DNA of 64,000 nt from Candidatus Eiseniibacteriota bacterium. GTDB taxonomy: Bacteria; Eisenbacteria; RBG-16-71-46. The notes below the pieces were generated by a model, which saw only the letters and a list, made by a program, of their open reading frames with translations, did no database searches and was not told the origin of the DNA. This document shows, one piece after another, positions 1 through 12,051 of this stretch. Numbering within the stretch: position 1 is the stretch's first letter; every line of letters begins with the position of its first letter. Position numbers and translations under genes: made by a program. The DNA lies in the NCBI GenBank assembly GCA_038231135.1, contig JBBRLX010000002.1, forward strand, positions 96,001 through 160,000, in the 5' to 3' direction.

Positions 1-178
1 TGAGCCCGCCCCGCTGGGCGCCGACCACCGTCACGGTAGCGAACGGAATCGCGTGGCCGGTCTTCTTGTCGGTCACCCGGCCCGAAACGCTGCCCTTGTC
101 CTGGGCGAGCGCCGGCAGGGCGAACGCCAGGAACACGAGGGTGATGAAGAGTCGGCTCACGTAACCAAGTCTGGGCAT
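1..178 (-). CDS. N-terminus (partial) of a probable TonB-dependent receptor / carboxypeptidase-regulatory-like domain protein
   Basis: Manual translation MPRLGYVSRLFITLVFLAFALPALAQDKGSVSGRVTDKKTGHAIPFATVTVVG: signal peptide, then GxVxGRVxD...G..IPFAxV motif; runs off the left edge. Confidence 0.75.
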   Translation of the reverse strand, partial: MPRLGYVSRLFITLVFLAFALPALAQDKGSVSGRVTDKKTGHAIPFATVTVVGAQRGGL

Positions 179-329
179 TTGGGTAGTTCGGGTGGGCGCT
201 CGGAAAGGAAGCTTGAACGTATCAGAACATCGAACCGCTTCAAAGGGACTTAGTGTCAGATTCACAGCGGGTTCGGACGGCGGGGCCGGGTCAAAAGCGG
301 GCGGGGCCCGACACGCGGAAACCGCCGGG

Positions 330-1403
330 TCAATAACTCGCCCGCCGGTCGTAATCGTCGGGGTACTCCTCCATGAACACCCGGTCGATCTCGAGGTTCA
401 CCTCGCGCAGCAAACGGGCCTTCTGCGCGTAGGGCAGGAACGAGCTCTTGAAACCGTTGAGGATGATCCGCTTGAGCTCGTAGGGGCTCAGGTGGAACGC
501 CCGCGCCGCCAGCCCGAGTTCCTTGCTCACCGTGGTGGCCGACATCAGCCGGTTGTCGGTGTTGAGCGTCACCCGGAGGCCGAGCTTGTTGTACTGGCGA
601 AACGGATGGCTCTTGAGCGTGCTCACCACGCGCGTCTGGACGTTCGACGTCAGGCACACCTCGAGCGGGATGCGGTGGTCGTTGACGAACCCCATCAGGT
701 CCGGATCCTCGATCAGCCGCGTGCCGTGCCCGATGCGGTGCGCGCCACAGTAGTGCAGCGCCTGCGCGATGCTCGCCGGCCCGAACGCCTCGCCGCCGTG
801 GACCGTGGAGTTCACGTTGTTCAGGATGATGATCTGGAACGCCCGGCGATGAGCCTTGGCGGGATAGTCCTTCTCCTGGCCGGCGAGATCGAAGCCCAGC
901 ACACCCTTGTGCTTGTACTCGACGGCCAGCTCGGCGAGCTGCACCGATTTGCGCGGGTCCATCGAGCGGATGCCGCAGATGATGACGCCGGTGGACACGC
1001 CGTACTTGGCGCCCGCGTCCTTGAGGCCCGCGATCACGGTCTCGACGATCACGTCATAGGGCAGTTTCTTGCGCCGGTGCAGGATCGGCGAGTACCGCAC
1101 CTCGAGGTGCCGCACGCGCTCGGCCGCGGCGTCCTCGACCAGCTCCCACGCGATGCGATACAGCGCATCGCGCTCCTGCATCACGCTCAGCGTGTAGTCG
1201 AAGATCGCGAGGTAGTCGGCGAGATTGCGGGTGCGCTTGCCGGCTTCGAGGATGCGCGTGAGCTTGGGCAGGTTGCGGGTCGGCAGCTTCACGCCCTGGG
1301 CGTCGGCGAGCTCGAGCACGGTGCGCGGCCTGAGGCAGCCGTCGAGATGACAGTGCAGATCGGTCTTCGGCAGCTTCTCGATGACGTGCTGGGTCAGGCG
1401 CAT
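330..1403 (-). CDS. add: Adenosine deaminase
   Basis: LPKTDLHCHLDG, GFDLAG, TVHGGE, RIGHG, EVCLTSN, LNTDN motifs. Confidence 0.95.
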   Translation of the reverse strand: MRLTQHVIEKLPKTDLHCHLDGCLRPRTVLELADAQGVKLPTRNLPKLTRILEAGKRTRNLADYLAIFDYTLSVMQERDALYRIAWELVEDAAAERVRHLEVRYSPILHRRKKLPYDVIVETVIAGLKDAGAKYGVSTGVIICGIRSMDPRKSVQLAELAVEYKHKGVLGFDLAGQEKDYPAKAHRRAFQIIILNNVNSTVHGGEAFGPASIAQALHYCGAHRIGHGTRLIEDPDLMGFVNDHRIPLEVCLTSNVQTRVVSTLKSHPFRQYNKLGLRVTLNTDNRLMSATTVSKELGLAARAFHLSPYELKRIILNGFKSSFLPYAQKARLLREVNLEIDRVFMEEYPDDYDRRASY

Positions 1404-1460
1404 GTGGACTCCGGGGTCACGCGGGGACGCGCATGCGGCGCGCGGCGGGACGACCGGGCG

Positions 1461-2030
1461 TCACCGCGCACTGCGTTCCAGCGCCATGATCTTCTGCACC
1501 CGCCGCTCGTGGCGTCCGCCACCGAACGGCGTCGCCAGGAACAGCCGGGTCATGCGGCTCGCGAGCCCGCGATTCACGACCTTGGCGCCGAGCGCCATGA
1601 GGTTGGCGTCGTTGTGCTCGCGGGCGTTGAGCACCGTCGCGGCGTCGTGGCACAGGGCGCAGCGCACGCCTGAGATCTTGTTGGCCGCCATCGTGGACCC
1701 GATCCCGGCCGCGTCGATCACGATGCCGCGGGCGCAGCGGCCGCTCGCGACTGCGCGCGCCACCGCCGCCGCATAGTCGGGATAGTCGACGGCATCGGTC
1801 CCGGAATGGGTGCCGCAGTCCTCGAGCGTCCAGCCGAGTTCCTCAGTTACGTAGCGCTTCAACAATTCCTTGAGCGCGTAGCCGCCGTGATCGGAGCCGA
1901 TCGCCAGGCGTCGTGCGGCCTGGGCCCCCGGGGCAGGCGGGTTCGCCGCCGGGCGCGGGTCCGCCGCGAGCGCGCGTTCCACCGCCTCCCGTACCAGCTT
2001 CCGCACCTTCGTCTCGTCGACCTCCGCCAT
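1461..2030 (-). CDS. rpiB: Ribose-5-phosphate isomerase B (RpiB/LacAB family) with short N-terminal extension
   Basis: AIGSDHGG, VDYPDYA, AANKISGVRCAL, AREHNDAN, GGRHERRV; start at MAEVDE. Confidence 0.9.
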   Translation of the reverse strand: MAEVDETKVRKLVREAVERALAADPRPAANPPAPGAQAARRLAIGSDHGGYALKELLKRYVTEELGWTLEDCGTHSGTDAVDYPDYAAAVARAVASGRCARGIVIDAAGIGSTMAANKISGVRCALCHDAATVLNAREHNDANLMALGAKVVNRGLASRMTRLFLATPFGGGRHERRVQKIMALERSAR

Positions 2031-2038
2031 GGCGCGCG

Positions 2039-2068
2039 AGTGTAGGAAGCGGGTCCGGCGATGGTCAA
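2039..2068 (-). promoter_or_regulatory. Sigma70-like promoter for rpiB (near-leaderless)
   Basis: TTGACC-N18-TACACT, 8 nt before ATG. Confidence 0.5.
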
Positions 2069-2163
2069 GCGCGCGCGGCGCTTTTGGTTGAGGAACCCCG
2101 CCGGCTCGCCTAAGCTCAGCCACTCTCCCCGACCTGGTTCTGGTACCCCTGCGAGGTTCAGCC

Positions 2164-3546
2164 TTGAAATTTCGCCCGTTGCCCGCCCGTTTCGTCGCCG
2201 GCGCCTCGCTGGTTCTGCTCCCGTTGCTGGCGGGAATCGCCGCCGCCGCCGACACCGCGGGCCCCCAGCGGCTGTCCGACGGCACCACGGTCGAGTCGTG
2301 GGCGCTACCCAATGGCATCCAGGTGGTGGCACGCGACGTTCCCGGCGCAGCCGGCGTGGCGCTGACCCTGGCCTACGGCCTCGGCACCGAACAGGATCCG
2401 GCCGGGCGCGAGGGCTGGACGCAGTTGCTCGCCCACGTCGATTTCCTGAGCGCCGCCGGCGAGTTTCCCGAGCGCTCGCTCGACGCCATGGGTTCGATCC
2501 GCCCGCTGGGCTGGCGCATCGAGGTTGGCCGCCGCTACACGCGCCTGACCGAAGTCGGCGGCCTCTCCCAGTTCCCCGGCATGCTCCATCAGATGGCGCA
2601 ACGGGTGAAGTCGCCGGCGCCGAGTGCGAAGGTGCTGGCCGAGGCCCGCAAGGCGGTCCAGGCGCAGCTCGCCACCAATTATCGCGACCGGGTGGCATTC
2701 GCGCTCTTTTACAACGTGCGCGAGACGAACGCGAGCGCCGCGCGCTACGCGACCGGCAAGGGCATCGAGGGTGCGAGCCTGCGGGAGGTCCAGGACGCGA
2801 TCCGGTCGTGGTACGTGCCCGCCAACGCCGTGCTCAGCCTGGCGGGGGACCTGCGCGGCACCGGCGTCGACCTGCGGCGGCTGATCGCGAACGAGTTCGG
2901 CGTGCTCGCACCGGGGTCGCGCGCGACGTTCCCGCCACCCGTGCCTCCCGCGCCCGGCATCCACACGGGAATCCGAACGGACCTGGACGAGCCGGCGGGC
3001 GTGATCGGCATCATCGCTCCGGCGCTGTCGGACACCTCGCATCCTTCGTTCTTCGTGAATGCGATGGTGGTGGGTTCCCTGCTCACCGCGCGCTGGGGCC
3101 GGAGCGACGCGTTCCCGGCCCGGTTCCAGTATTCGCTGCTCGACGATCCCGATCTGGTGCGCCTCTATCCGCCCGTCACTCCCAGCGACCTCGATTCGAC
3201 ACGCATCCGCGAAGAGTACGGGGAGGGCCTGCTCGATCTGGCGAAATCGACGATGACGTTCGACCAGTTCAGCACGCTGCACGACGGCGTGGTGTGGCTG
3301 CTCGGTGGACCGTTGCCCCCCGAACTCGCCCGGCGCGCCGCGACCGATTCCGGCGTGCTCGCGACGCTCAGCACCACCGCGGCGATGCGCGTCCTGTGGG
3401 GCGGCGACGCGTTCTGGACCGCATACCGGAACCGGTACCTCGCGATCGACCGGCCGGCGTTCGCCCGCTGGGCCGACTACTTCCGCGACTCCCGGCACCA
3501 GGCGCAATTCATCTTCGTCCCGGACTACCTGACGAAGAAGCCGTAG
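2164..3546 (+). CDS. Secreted M16 (insulinase-family) peptidase-like protein, probably catalytically inactive
   Basis: Signal peptide, LPNGIQVV, WYVPANAVLSLAGD; HxxEH replaced by QLLAH. Confidence 0.75.
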   Translation: MKFRPLPARFVAGASLVLLPLLAGIAAAADTAGPQRLSDGTTVESWALPNGIQVVARDVPGAAGVALTLAYGLGTEQDPAGREGWTQLLAHVDFLSAAGEFPERSLDAMGSIRPLGWRIEVGRRYTRLTEVGGLSQFPGMLHQMAQRVKSPAPSAKVLAEARKAVQAQLATNYRDRVAFALFYNVRETNASAARYATGKGIEGASLREVQDAIRSWYVPANAVLSLAGDLRGTGVDLRRLIANEFGVLAPGSRATFPPPVPPAPGIHTGIRTDLDEPAGVIGIIAPALSDTSHPSFFVNAMVVGSLLTARWGRSDAFPARFQYSLLDDPDLVRLYPPVTPSDLDSTRIREEYGEGLLDLAKSTMTFDQFSTLHDGVVWLLGGPLPPELARRAATDSGVLATLSTTAAMRVLWGGDAFWTAYRNRYLAIDRPAFARWADYFRDSRHQAQFIFVPDYLTKKP

Positions 3547-3622
3547 CGCGGACGCCGGGCGTCCGACGATCGCCGTGCGGCGCGTTGCCCCGAGCCGAAC
3601 GCGATGCTACGTTGCGACACGC

Positions 3623-4276
3623 ATGTCTCGGCGCATCCTCATCGGAATCGCGGGCGGATCCGGCTCGGGGAAGACGCTCGTCGCGCGGACCATCGTGCGC
3701 GAGCTCGGCTCCGACCGCGTCGTCGTCATCGATCAGGATTCCTACTACAAGAACCTCGAGGACGTGCCGTTCCGCGACCGTGAATCGCGGAACTTCGACC
3801 ATCCCGACGCGTTCGACAACGACCTGCTCAAGCGCCACATCCGGGACCTGCTCGACGGCCACCCGATCGAGCAGCCGATCTACGACTACTCCGATCACCG
3901 CCGGCTGCCCGAGACCCGCCTGGTCGGCGAGCACCTGGTGATCGTGCTCGAAGGCATCCTGATCTACGTCGATCCCGAGCTGCGAGCACTGATGGACATC
4001 AAGCTGTTCATCGACGCCGACCCCGACGTGCGGTTCATCCGCCGCCTGCGCCGCGACCTGACCGAGCGCGGCCGGTCGGTCGACAGCATCGTGCGCCAGT
4101 ACGAAGAGAGCGTGCGCCCGATGCACCTGCAGTTCGTGGACCCCACCAAGCGCCACGCCGACCTGATCGTGCCCGAGGGCGGCCACAACACCGTCGCGAT
4201 CGACCTGGTGAAGTCGAAGATCCGGGAATTGCTGAGGGAACGCGGGGTGGCGCCGATTCCGGCGGCGGGGCGCTAA
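3623..4276 (+). CDS. udk: Uridine kinase
   Basis: IGIAGGSGSGKT, QDSYYK, NFDHPDAFD, RRLRRD..ERGR, VRPMH. Confidence 0.95.
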   Translation: MSRRILIGIAGGSGSGKTLVARTIVRELGSDRVVVIDQDSYYKNLEDVPFRDRESRNFDHPDAFDNDLLKRHIRDLLDGHPIEQPIYDYSDHRRLPETRLVGEHLVIVLEGILIYVDPELRALMDIKLFIDADPDVRFIRRLRRDLTERGRSVDSIVRQYEESVRPMHLQFVDPTKRHADLIVPEGGHNTVAIDLVKSKIRELLRERGVAPIPAAGR

Positions 4277-4280
4277 ACCC

Positions 4281-6341
4281 CTACCGTCCCATCGCCATCG
4301 CTGTTCGCGGCACGTTGCGTCTTCGCGGCCGGCGACGTTCCGCCGACAGCAGGTGCCAGACGCGCAACACCTCCGCCACCGACCACGCCTGGGCGAAGCA
4401 GCCGCGCGGCGTGTGGGGCGGGTCGCCGTCGGCGATCTCGGGCAGCGAGCCCACGCCCGACTGGGCGATCAACTGCGCCATCGGCTCGAGGAACGCGAGC
4501 GCCCGGTCGCGGTCGCCATGGACGCGCTCGTGCGCGATCGCGAACGACGGCAGCAGCCACGTCCAGACCGTGCCCTGATGGTACGCGGCATCGCGCTGGC
4601 GCGGATCGCCGGCATAGGTTCCGACATAACCCGGATCCGCAGGCGACAGGCTGCGCAGACCGTGCGAGGTCAGCAGGTGCCGCCCGCACACGTCGACGAC
4701 GGCGCGGCGCTGCGCGGCGTTCAGCGGGCTGTCGGGCAGGGATACGGCGAAGATCTGGTTGGGACGGATGCGCGCGTCGTCGCCGCCGGGGCCGTCGAGC
4801 ACGTCGTAGAGACAGCCGGAGCCGGCATTCCAGAATCGCGCGAACGACCCTTCAACCCGTCGCGCGCGCGCAACGTGCCGCGCTCCGTCGTGTCCCAGCC
4901 GCCGCGCGAACGCGGCCATCGCGATGGCCGCGCCGTACCACAGCGCGTTCACCTCGACGCACTTGCCCTCGCGCGGGGTCACGGGAACGCCATCGACACG
5001 GGCGTCCATCCATGTGAGCGCCACGCCGCCGCCACCGTTCTTCAGCAAGCCGTCGTGGGCGTCGACGCCGATGTTCCACCGGGTGCCGCGCTCGCAGGCG
5101 GCGATGATGCCCTCGAGCACCGGGAACGCCTCGGCGAGGAACGCGGCGTCGCCGGTCGCGTCGAAGTGGGCGCGCACCGCATGGATCAGCCACAGCGCCG
5201 CGTCCACCGTGTTGAACTCCGGCGCGTCGCCGCGCTCGGGGAACGTGTTCGGCAGCATGCCGTCGCTCACGAGCCGCAGCCACGTCGCGAGGATCGCGCG
5301 CCCCACCTCGGGACGGCCGGTCGCGAGCGTCAGGCCGGGCAGCGCGATCATCGTGTCGCGGCCCCAGTCGGCGAACCACGGATAGCCGGCGATCACCGAG
5401 TGGCCGCCCGGGTCGAACACGCTCGAGCGCTCGACGACGAACGCGTCGGCCGCGAGCACCAGCCGGCGCACCCACGGCGGCGCCAGCCGCGACGCGGTGG
5501 GCTGCGCGCGCTTCCACGCGTCGAGCACGCTCTTCTCGTGCGCGCGCCGGCGGGTCAGCGCGGCGATCCGCGCGAGCGGCGCAGTCTCCGCGGCGCCGGC
5601 ATCGCGGCGCGTGCTCGCGACCAGCGTGAACGTCTCGCCCGGCTTGAGCCGCGTCACGACCTGGCCCACGTACACATGGTCCTCGCTCGCGTCGAACCCG
5701 CGCTCGGCTTCGAGCGGCAGCGCGTACCCGCGATACCACTCCGCAGCCGGCCGGAATTCCGCGTTCACGCCGAGCAGCCACAGCGGCGTCGCGCCGTCCG
5801 TCACCTCGACCCGGATGCCGCCCGCCGCGGGCTCCACCCGCGGAACACCCACGCCGCGGCGCGTCGCGCCGTGCACGTCGCGATGATCCACGATCGGCTC
5901 GAGCGTGAGGCGCACGGGCTCGGGAGCGGTGACGAGCCGGTACTGGATGCACGTGGTGTTCTCGCCCTGCTCCATCCAGATGCGCTTCTCCAGCCGCACG
6001 TCGCCGATCGCCCAGGTCCAGACCGGCACCGTGTCCTCGAGCCGGAACGCTTCGAGGTTGAGGTAGCCGGCGGGCGTCACGGCGCCGCTGGCCCACACGT
6101 TGGTGTCGAGTGCCACGGAGCGGTCCTGCCAGTCGATCCGCTCCCCCAACTTGGCCAGCATGAGCGTGCGACCGAGTGGCGGATGGAGGGCCGCGACCAG
6201 CAGGCCGTGGTAGCGGCGCGAGATGGCGCCCGTCACCGCACCCGCGGAATAGCCGCCGATGCCGTTGGCGACGAACCATTCGAGGCGGCCCGCGCGGGCG
6301 GGATCCCCGAGCGCGTCACGGCCAAACGCGAGATCGGTCAT
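4281..6341 (-). CDS. Glycogen debranching enzyme (amylo-alpha-1,6-glucosidase, GH133-like)
   Basis: EWFVANGIGGY, RRYHGLL, IAGYPWFADWGRDTMI, LTWMDA, IRPNQ, YHQGTVW, QAWSVAE; true start MTDLAFG inside the longer ORF call. Confidence 0.92.
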   Translation of the reverse strand: MTDLAFGRDALGDPARAGRLEWFVANGIGGYSAGAVTGAISRRYHGLLVAALHPPLGRTLMLAKLGERIDWQDRSVALDTNVWASGAVTPAGYLNLEAFRLEDTVPVWTWAIGDVRLEKRIWMEQGENTTCIQYRLVTAPEPVRLTLEPIVDHRDVHGATRRGVGVPRVEPAAGGIRVEVTDGATPLWLLGVNAEFRPAAEWYRGYALPLEAERGFDASEDHVYVGQVVTRLKPGETFTLVASTRRDAGAAETAPLARIAALTRRRAHEKSVLDAWKRAQPTASRLAPPWVRRLVLAADAFVVERSSVFDPGGHSVIAGYPWFADWGRDTMIALPGLTLATGRPEVGRAILATWLRLVSDGMLPNTFPERGDAPEFNTVDAALWLIHAVRAHFDATGDAAFLAEAFPVLEGIIAACERGTRWNIGVDAHDGLLKNGGGGVALTWMDARVDGVPVTPREGKCVEVNALWYGAAIAMAAFARRLGHDGARHVARARRVEGSFARFWNAGSGCLYDVLDGPGGDDARIRPNQIFAVSLPDSPLNAAQRRAVVDVCGRHLLTSHGLRSLSPADPGYVGTYAGDPRQRDAAYHQGTVWTWLLPSFAIAHERVHGDRDRALAFLEPMAQLIAQSGVGSLPEIADGDPPHTPRGCFAQAWSVAEVLRVWHLLSAERRRPRRRNVPRTAMAMGR

Positions 6342-6449
6342 GGGCCTCAAGTCCTCCCTGGAATGCGGCGGCGAATCGTCGGCGCCTGAACAGCCTGACG
6401 GTGGATTCGAGCCATAGTAGCGCAGCCGGCGGCCGCCCGTCAGCACTCG

Positions 6450-6479
6450 TTGACACTCGTGAAGGGCTGGGGATAGCGT
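6450..6479 (+). promoter_or_regulatory. Sigma70-like promoter for tdk (leaderless)
   Basis: TTGACA-N18-TAGCGT, 6 nt before ATG at 6486. Confidence 0.55.
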
Positions 6480-6485
6480 GCGGAC

Positions 6486-7283
6486 ATGAGCGAACCCACG
6501 CCACCCTACGCCGGCACCGGCTGGATCGAAGTCATCGTCGGCAGCATGTACAGCGGCAAGACCGAGGAGCTGATCCGCCGGCTGCGGCGCGCGCAGATCG
6601 CCCGCCAGCGCGTGGAGATCTTCAAGCCCGCGATCGACGACCGCTACGCGCGCGACCAGATCGTGTCGCACAGCGAGCTGCGGATCCCGTCGCGCACCGT
6701 GAAGACGGCGAAGGACGTGCTGCGCCACGCGCACGAGGCCCAGGTGATCGGCATCGACGAGGGCCAGTTCCTGGGCCCCGGGCTCGTCGCCGTATGCCAG
6801 CGACTCGCGAGCAGCGGCAAGCGCGTGATCGTGGCGGGCCTCGACCAGGACTACATGGGCCGGCCGTTCGACCCGATGCCGCAACTGCTCGCGATCGCCG
6901 AGTACATCACGAAGACGCTGGCGATCTGCATGGTGTGCGGCGCGCCGGCGAACCGCACGTATCGCAAGGTGAAACGTGGCGGCCGCGTGGTGGTGGGCGG
7001 CACCGAGCTGTACGAGGCCCGCTGCCGGCGCTGCTACGAGCTCGGCGCCCGCGCCAAGGCGCCCGCGCTCGATGCGCCGTCGCCGCCTGTATCCCGCAGC
7101 CGGCCGCTCGCCGCGGCGCCGCGTTCGCGGCGGCCGGCGCGCGGCCGCCCCACTCGCAGTACCGGCACCGCAGCTTCGCCCCGACGCTCCTCCGGAGGTA
7201 CCGCCCGTGTCCCGACGCAGACTGATCCTCGCCGCGGCGCAGCTCGCACTGGTGTGCGCGCTGCTTCCGGGTTGCGCTCCTAA
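6486..7283 (+). CDS. tdk: Thymidine kinase with low-complexity C-terminal extension
   Basis: [27 protein letters not shown], Zn-site Cys pairs, YEARCRRC. Confidence 0.95.
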   Translation: MSEPTPPYAGTGWIEVIVGSMYSGKTEELIRRLRRAQIARQRVEIFKPAIDDRYARDQIVSHSELRIPSRTVKTAKDVLRHAHEAQVIGIDEGQFLGPGLVAVCQRLASSGKRVIVAGLDQDYMGRPFDPMPQLLAIAEYITKTLAICMVCGAPANRTYRKVKRGGRVVVGGTELYEARCRRCYELGARAKAPALDAPSPPVSRSRPLAAAPRSRRPARGRPTRSTGTAASPRRSSGGTARVPTQTDPRRGAARTGVRAASGLRS

Positions 7284-8244
7284 ACAGGCGGCCACCGGGG
7301 CCGCGTCCGGCGCCCCCGACACCACGCTCAAGGTCGGGCTGGTGTTCGACGTCGGCGGTCGGGGTGACAAGTCGTTCAACGACGCCGCCTATGCCGGCCT
7401 CGAGCGCGCGAAGCGCGAACTCGGCATCCCGTTCACCACGCTCGAGACCGGCGAGGGCGCGGACCGCGAAGCCGCGATGCGCCAGCTCGCAGCCGGCGGT
7501 TCGCAGCTGGTGTTCGGCGTGGGGTTCCTGTTCTCGGACGACATCAAGCGCCTCGCCGCCGAGTTCCCCGCCGTGAAGTTCGCGTGCATCGACTTCACCG
7601 TCACCCCGGGCGAATCCCTGCCGCCCAACCTCACGGCGCTCAAGTTCCAGGAGGAGCAGGGCTCGTTCCTGGTGGGCGCGCTGGCCGCGGAGTTGTCGAA
7701 GACCGGCAAGCTGGGATTCGTCGGCGGCATGGAGATCCCGCTGATCAAGAAGTTCGAGGCCGGGTATCGCGCCGGGGTTACGGCGGTGAAGCCGTCGACC
7801 CGCGTGATCGTGAAGTACGCGGGCACCACCGGCACCGCGTTCAAGGACCCGACCAAGGGCAAGGAGCTGGCGCTCGCGGAGTACCACGAGGGCGCGGACA
7901 TCATCTTCCACGCCTCGGGCTCCACCGGCCTCGGCGTGTTCGAGGCGGCGCGCGAGTTGAACAAGCTGGCGATCGGCGTGGACTCGGACCAGGCCGACGA
8001 GGCCCCGGGCCACGTGCTCACGTCGATGGTGAAGCGCGTCGACACCGCGGTGTTCGAGTGCATCCACCAGACCGCGTCCGGACAATGGCACGGCGGTGTC
8101 CAGGTGTTCGGCCTCGGCCAGCACGGCGTGGGCTGGGTCTATGACGCGAAGAACCAGGCGCTGATCCCGCCACCGGTCAAGGCGCTGGTGGATTCGCTCG
8201 AGCGCGAGATCGTCGCCGGCCGGATCACCGTCCCCGACCACTAG
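7207..8244 (+). CDS. BMP-family ABC transporter substrate-binding lipoprotein (nucleoside)
   Basis: GGAGGT RBS + GTG, lipobox [29 protein letters not shown]. Confidence 0.92.
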   Translation: MSRRRLILAAAQLALVCALLPGCAPKQAATGAASGAPDTTLKVGLVFDVGGRGDKSFNDAAYAGLERAKRELGIPFTTLETGEGADREAAMRQLAAGGSQLVFGVGFLFSDDIKRLAAEFPAVKFACIDFTVTPGESLPPNLTALKFQEEQGSFLVGALAAELSKTGKLGFVGGMEIPLIKKFEAGYRAGVTAVKPSTRVIVKYAGTTGTAFKDPTKGKELALAEYHEGADIIFHASGSTGLGVFEAARELNKLAIGVDSDQADEAPGHVLTSMVKRVDTAVFECIHQTASGQWHGGVQVFGLGQHGVGWVYDAKNQALIPPPVKALVDSLEREIVAGRITVPDH

Positions 8245-8309
8245 ACGCGCATGCGCTCCCCGGCCCGCCGCATCCGGATGACGCATCCCTTAGGGGCCGG
8301 GCCACGCCG

Positions 8310-9200
8310 ATGAACGCGGCGTGGACGGACCTCGGCGACGGGGTGCTGGTGCGCCAGAGCCGGCGCTACGCCATGAACAGCGTGGCGCTGCTCGATCCCG
8401 AACACTCGGTACTGGTGGACCCAGGCATCCTGCCGTCCGAGCTCGACGACATGGCCGCGGTGGTGGCCGCCGTGGCGCCGCGCGCGGTGACGCTGATCTT
8501 CTCGCATCACCACTGGGACCACGTTCTCGGCCGCACCTGGTGGCCCCAGGCCGACACGCTCGGCCACGACGGCTTCGCGACCGCGCTCACGGCCGACGCC
8601 GCGCACGCCGTGGACGAGGCGAATCGCGTCGCCACCGAGGCCGGCGAGCGCTGGCCCCAAGCCTACCGACCGTTCGAGCCCGACCACGCGGTGAGCGGGC
8701 TCCACTTCCGCCGCATCGATCCGTGGCGGCTGGTGCTGCGCAGCGCGCCCGGGCACTGTCCCACCCAGCTCAACGTGCACCTGCCGGACAAGGGCATCCT
8801 GATCGCCGGCGACATGCTGTCCGACATCGAGATCCCGGGGCTCGACACAGAGCCCGGCGTCTATCGCGCGTCGCTCGAGGCGCTGATGCCGATGGTGGAC
8901 GGTGGCGCGATCGAAGTCATCGTGCCCGGTCACGGCGCGCTCGCCCGCGGCCAGGCCGCCGTGCGCGAGCGGTTCCGCGCCGACCTCGACTACCTCACCG
9001 TGATCGAGCGCGCCGCCCTGGACGCGCGGGCCAGAGGGCTCGACGCCGAGGCCGCCGCCGCGTCGCTCGCCGGCATGGACTACGCGGGCAAGACCAACCC
9101 CGAATATCCGACCGCGAAGCTCCACCACCGGAACGTGCTGCTCGCGTACCGCGTGGCGGCGGCCTCGCATGGCAATGGCCAGGTGCCCCGGAACCGCTGA
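8310..9200 (+). CDS. Metallo-beta-lactamase-fold hydrolase
   Basis: SHHHWDH, APGH, AGD, VPGHG motifs. Confidence 0.88.
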   Translation: MNAAWTDLGDGVLVRQSRRYAMNSVALLDPEHSVLVDPGILPSELDDMAAVVAAVAPRAVTLIFSHHHWDHVLGRTWWPQADTLGHDGFATALTADAAHAVDEANRVATEAGERWPQAYRPFEPDHAVSGLHFRRIDPWRLVLRSAPGHCPTQLNVHLPDKGILIAGDMLSDIEIPGLDTEPGVYRASLEALMPMVDGGAIEVIVPGHGALARGQAAVRERFRADLDYLTVIERAALDARARGLDAEAAAASLAGMDYAGKTNPEYPTAKLHHRNVLLAYRVAAASHGNGQVPRNR

Positions 9201-9224
9201 CCGCCGGGGGACGGGAGAGCTCCG

Positions 9225-10487
9225 ATGCCGCGCGAGAATCTGAACCCCTACGCCATCGCCCAATCGCAGTTCGCCCGCGCCGCCCAGCGCCTCCGCCTCG
9301 ACCAGGGCCTGCGCGCGATCCTGTCCACGCCGAAGCGCGAGCTGACGGTGTCGATCCCGGTGCGCATGGACGACGGCAACTATCGCGTGTTCGCCGGCCA
9401 TCGCGTGGTGCACAACATGTCGCGGGGCCCGGCGAAGGGCGGCATCCGGTTCCATCCCGATGTGTCGATCGACGAGGTGAAGGCGCTGGCGTCGTGGATG
9501 ACCTGGAAGTGCGCATGTCTCGACCTGCCGTTCGGCGGCGGTAAGGGGGGTGTGGTGGTCGACCCGCACCAGTTGTCGCACGGCGAGCTCGAGCGGCTCA
9601 CGCGGCGCTACACCAGCGAGATCCTGCCGCTGATCGGACCCGAGCAGGACATCCCGGCGCCCGACGTCTACACCGACTCCCAGACCATGGCGTGGATCAT
9701 GGACACCTACAGCATGACCAAGGGCACGACCACGCTGGGCGTGGTCACCGGCAAGCCGCTGGCGCTCGGCGGCTCGAAGGGCCGCAATGCCGCCACGGCG
9801 CGCGGCGTGCAGTTCACGCTGCGCGAGGCCTGCCGCGCGCACAAGCTGGCGCTCGACGGCGCCACGGTCGCGATCCAGGGCTACGGCAACGCCGGCAGCC
9901 ACCTCGCGGACCTGCTGCACGCCGAGGGCGCGCGCATCGTCGCGGCGTCCGATTCGGGCGGCGGCATACACCAGCCGAAGGGGCTCGATCCGGCGAAGCT
10001 GCGCGCCCACAAGGAGCGGCGCGGCGCGCGCGTCAGCCTCAAGACGTTCAAGCCGGGCACGCCGGTCACGAACGCGCAACTGCTGGAGCTGCCGGTCGAC
10101 ATCCTGGTGCCGGCGGCGCTCGAGAACCAGATCACGTCGGTGAACGCGGCCCGGGTGAAGGCGAAGATCATCGCCGAAGCCGCGAACGGCCCCACCACGC
10201 CGATGGCCGACGACACGCTGTTCCGCCGCGGGCGCACGGTGATCCCCGACATCCTCGCGAACGCCGGCGGCGTCACCGTGTCGTACTTCGAGTGGGTGCA
10301 GGACTTCTACTCGTTCTTCTGGGAGGAGAACGAGGTGGACAACCGGCTCGAGAAGTACATGGTGCGCGCGTACCGCGACGTCGCGGAGCAGGCCGCGCGC
10401 TTCAAGTGCAGCCTGCGCGACGGCGCCTACGTGCTCGCGGTGGGGCGCGTGGCCGAGGCGACCCGCGTCCGCGGCATCTTCCCCTGA
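9225..10487 (+). CDS. gdhA: Glu/Leu/Phe/Val dehydrogenase (glutamate dehydrogenase)
   Basis: GPAKGGIRFHP, MTWK, PFGGGKGG, DIPAPDV, QGYGNAG, EAANGP, NAGGVTVSYFEWVQ. Confidence 0.93.
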   Translation: MPRENLNPYAIAQSQFARAAQRLRLDQGLRAILSTPKRELTVSIPVRMDDGNYRVFAGHRVVHNMSRGPAKGGIRFHPDVSIDEVKALASWMTWKCACLDLPFGGGKGGVVVDPHQLSHGELERLTRRYTSEILPLIGPEQDIPAPDVYTDSQTMAWIMDTYSMTKGTTTLGVVTGKPLALGGSKGRNAATARGVQFTLREACRAHKLALDGATVAIQGYGNAGSHLADLLHAEGARIVAASDSGGGIHQPKGLDPAKLRAHKERRGARVSLKTFKPGTPVTNAQLLELPVDILVPAALENQITSVNAARVKAKIIAEAANGPTTPMADDTLFRRGRTVIPDILANAGGVTVSYFEWVQDFYSFFWEENEVDNRLEKYMVRAYRDVAEQAARFKCSLRDGAYVLAVGRVAEATRVRGIFP

Positions 10488-10536
10488 GGCGGCGCGGGCT
10501 GGCGTACCGGGGGCGGCGTCGTTACGCTCAGCCGGA

Positions 10537-12047
<1,511 letters not shown>

Positions 12048-12051
<4 letters not shown>

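Noticed and set aside
7207..7283. tdk/BMP overlap (and lspA/rluD overlap at 39551-39648) as programmed frameshift or fusion
   Set aside because: Low-complexity C-terminal run-on is common in GC-rich DNA; no slippery sequence seen and both partners are complete
4281..7379. 1032-aa ORF as one protein
   Set aside because: The extra N-terminal part is antisense to tdk; the debranching domain starts at 6341
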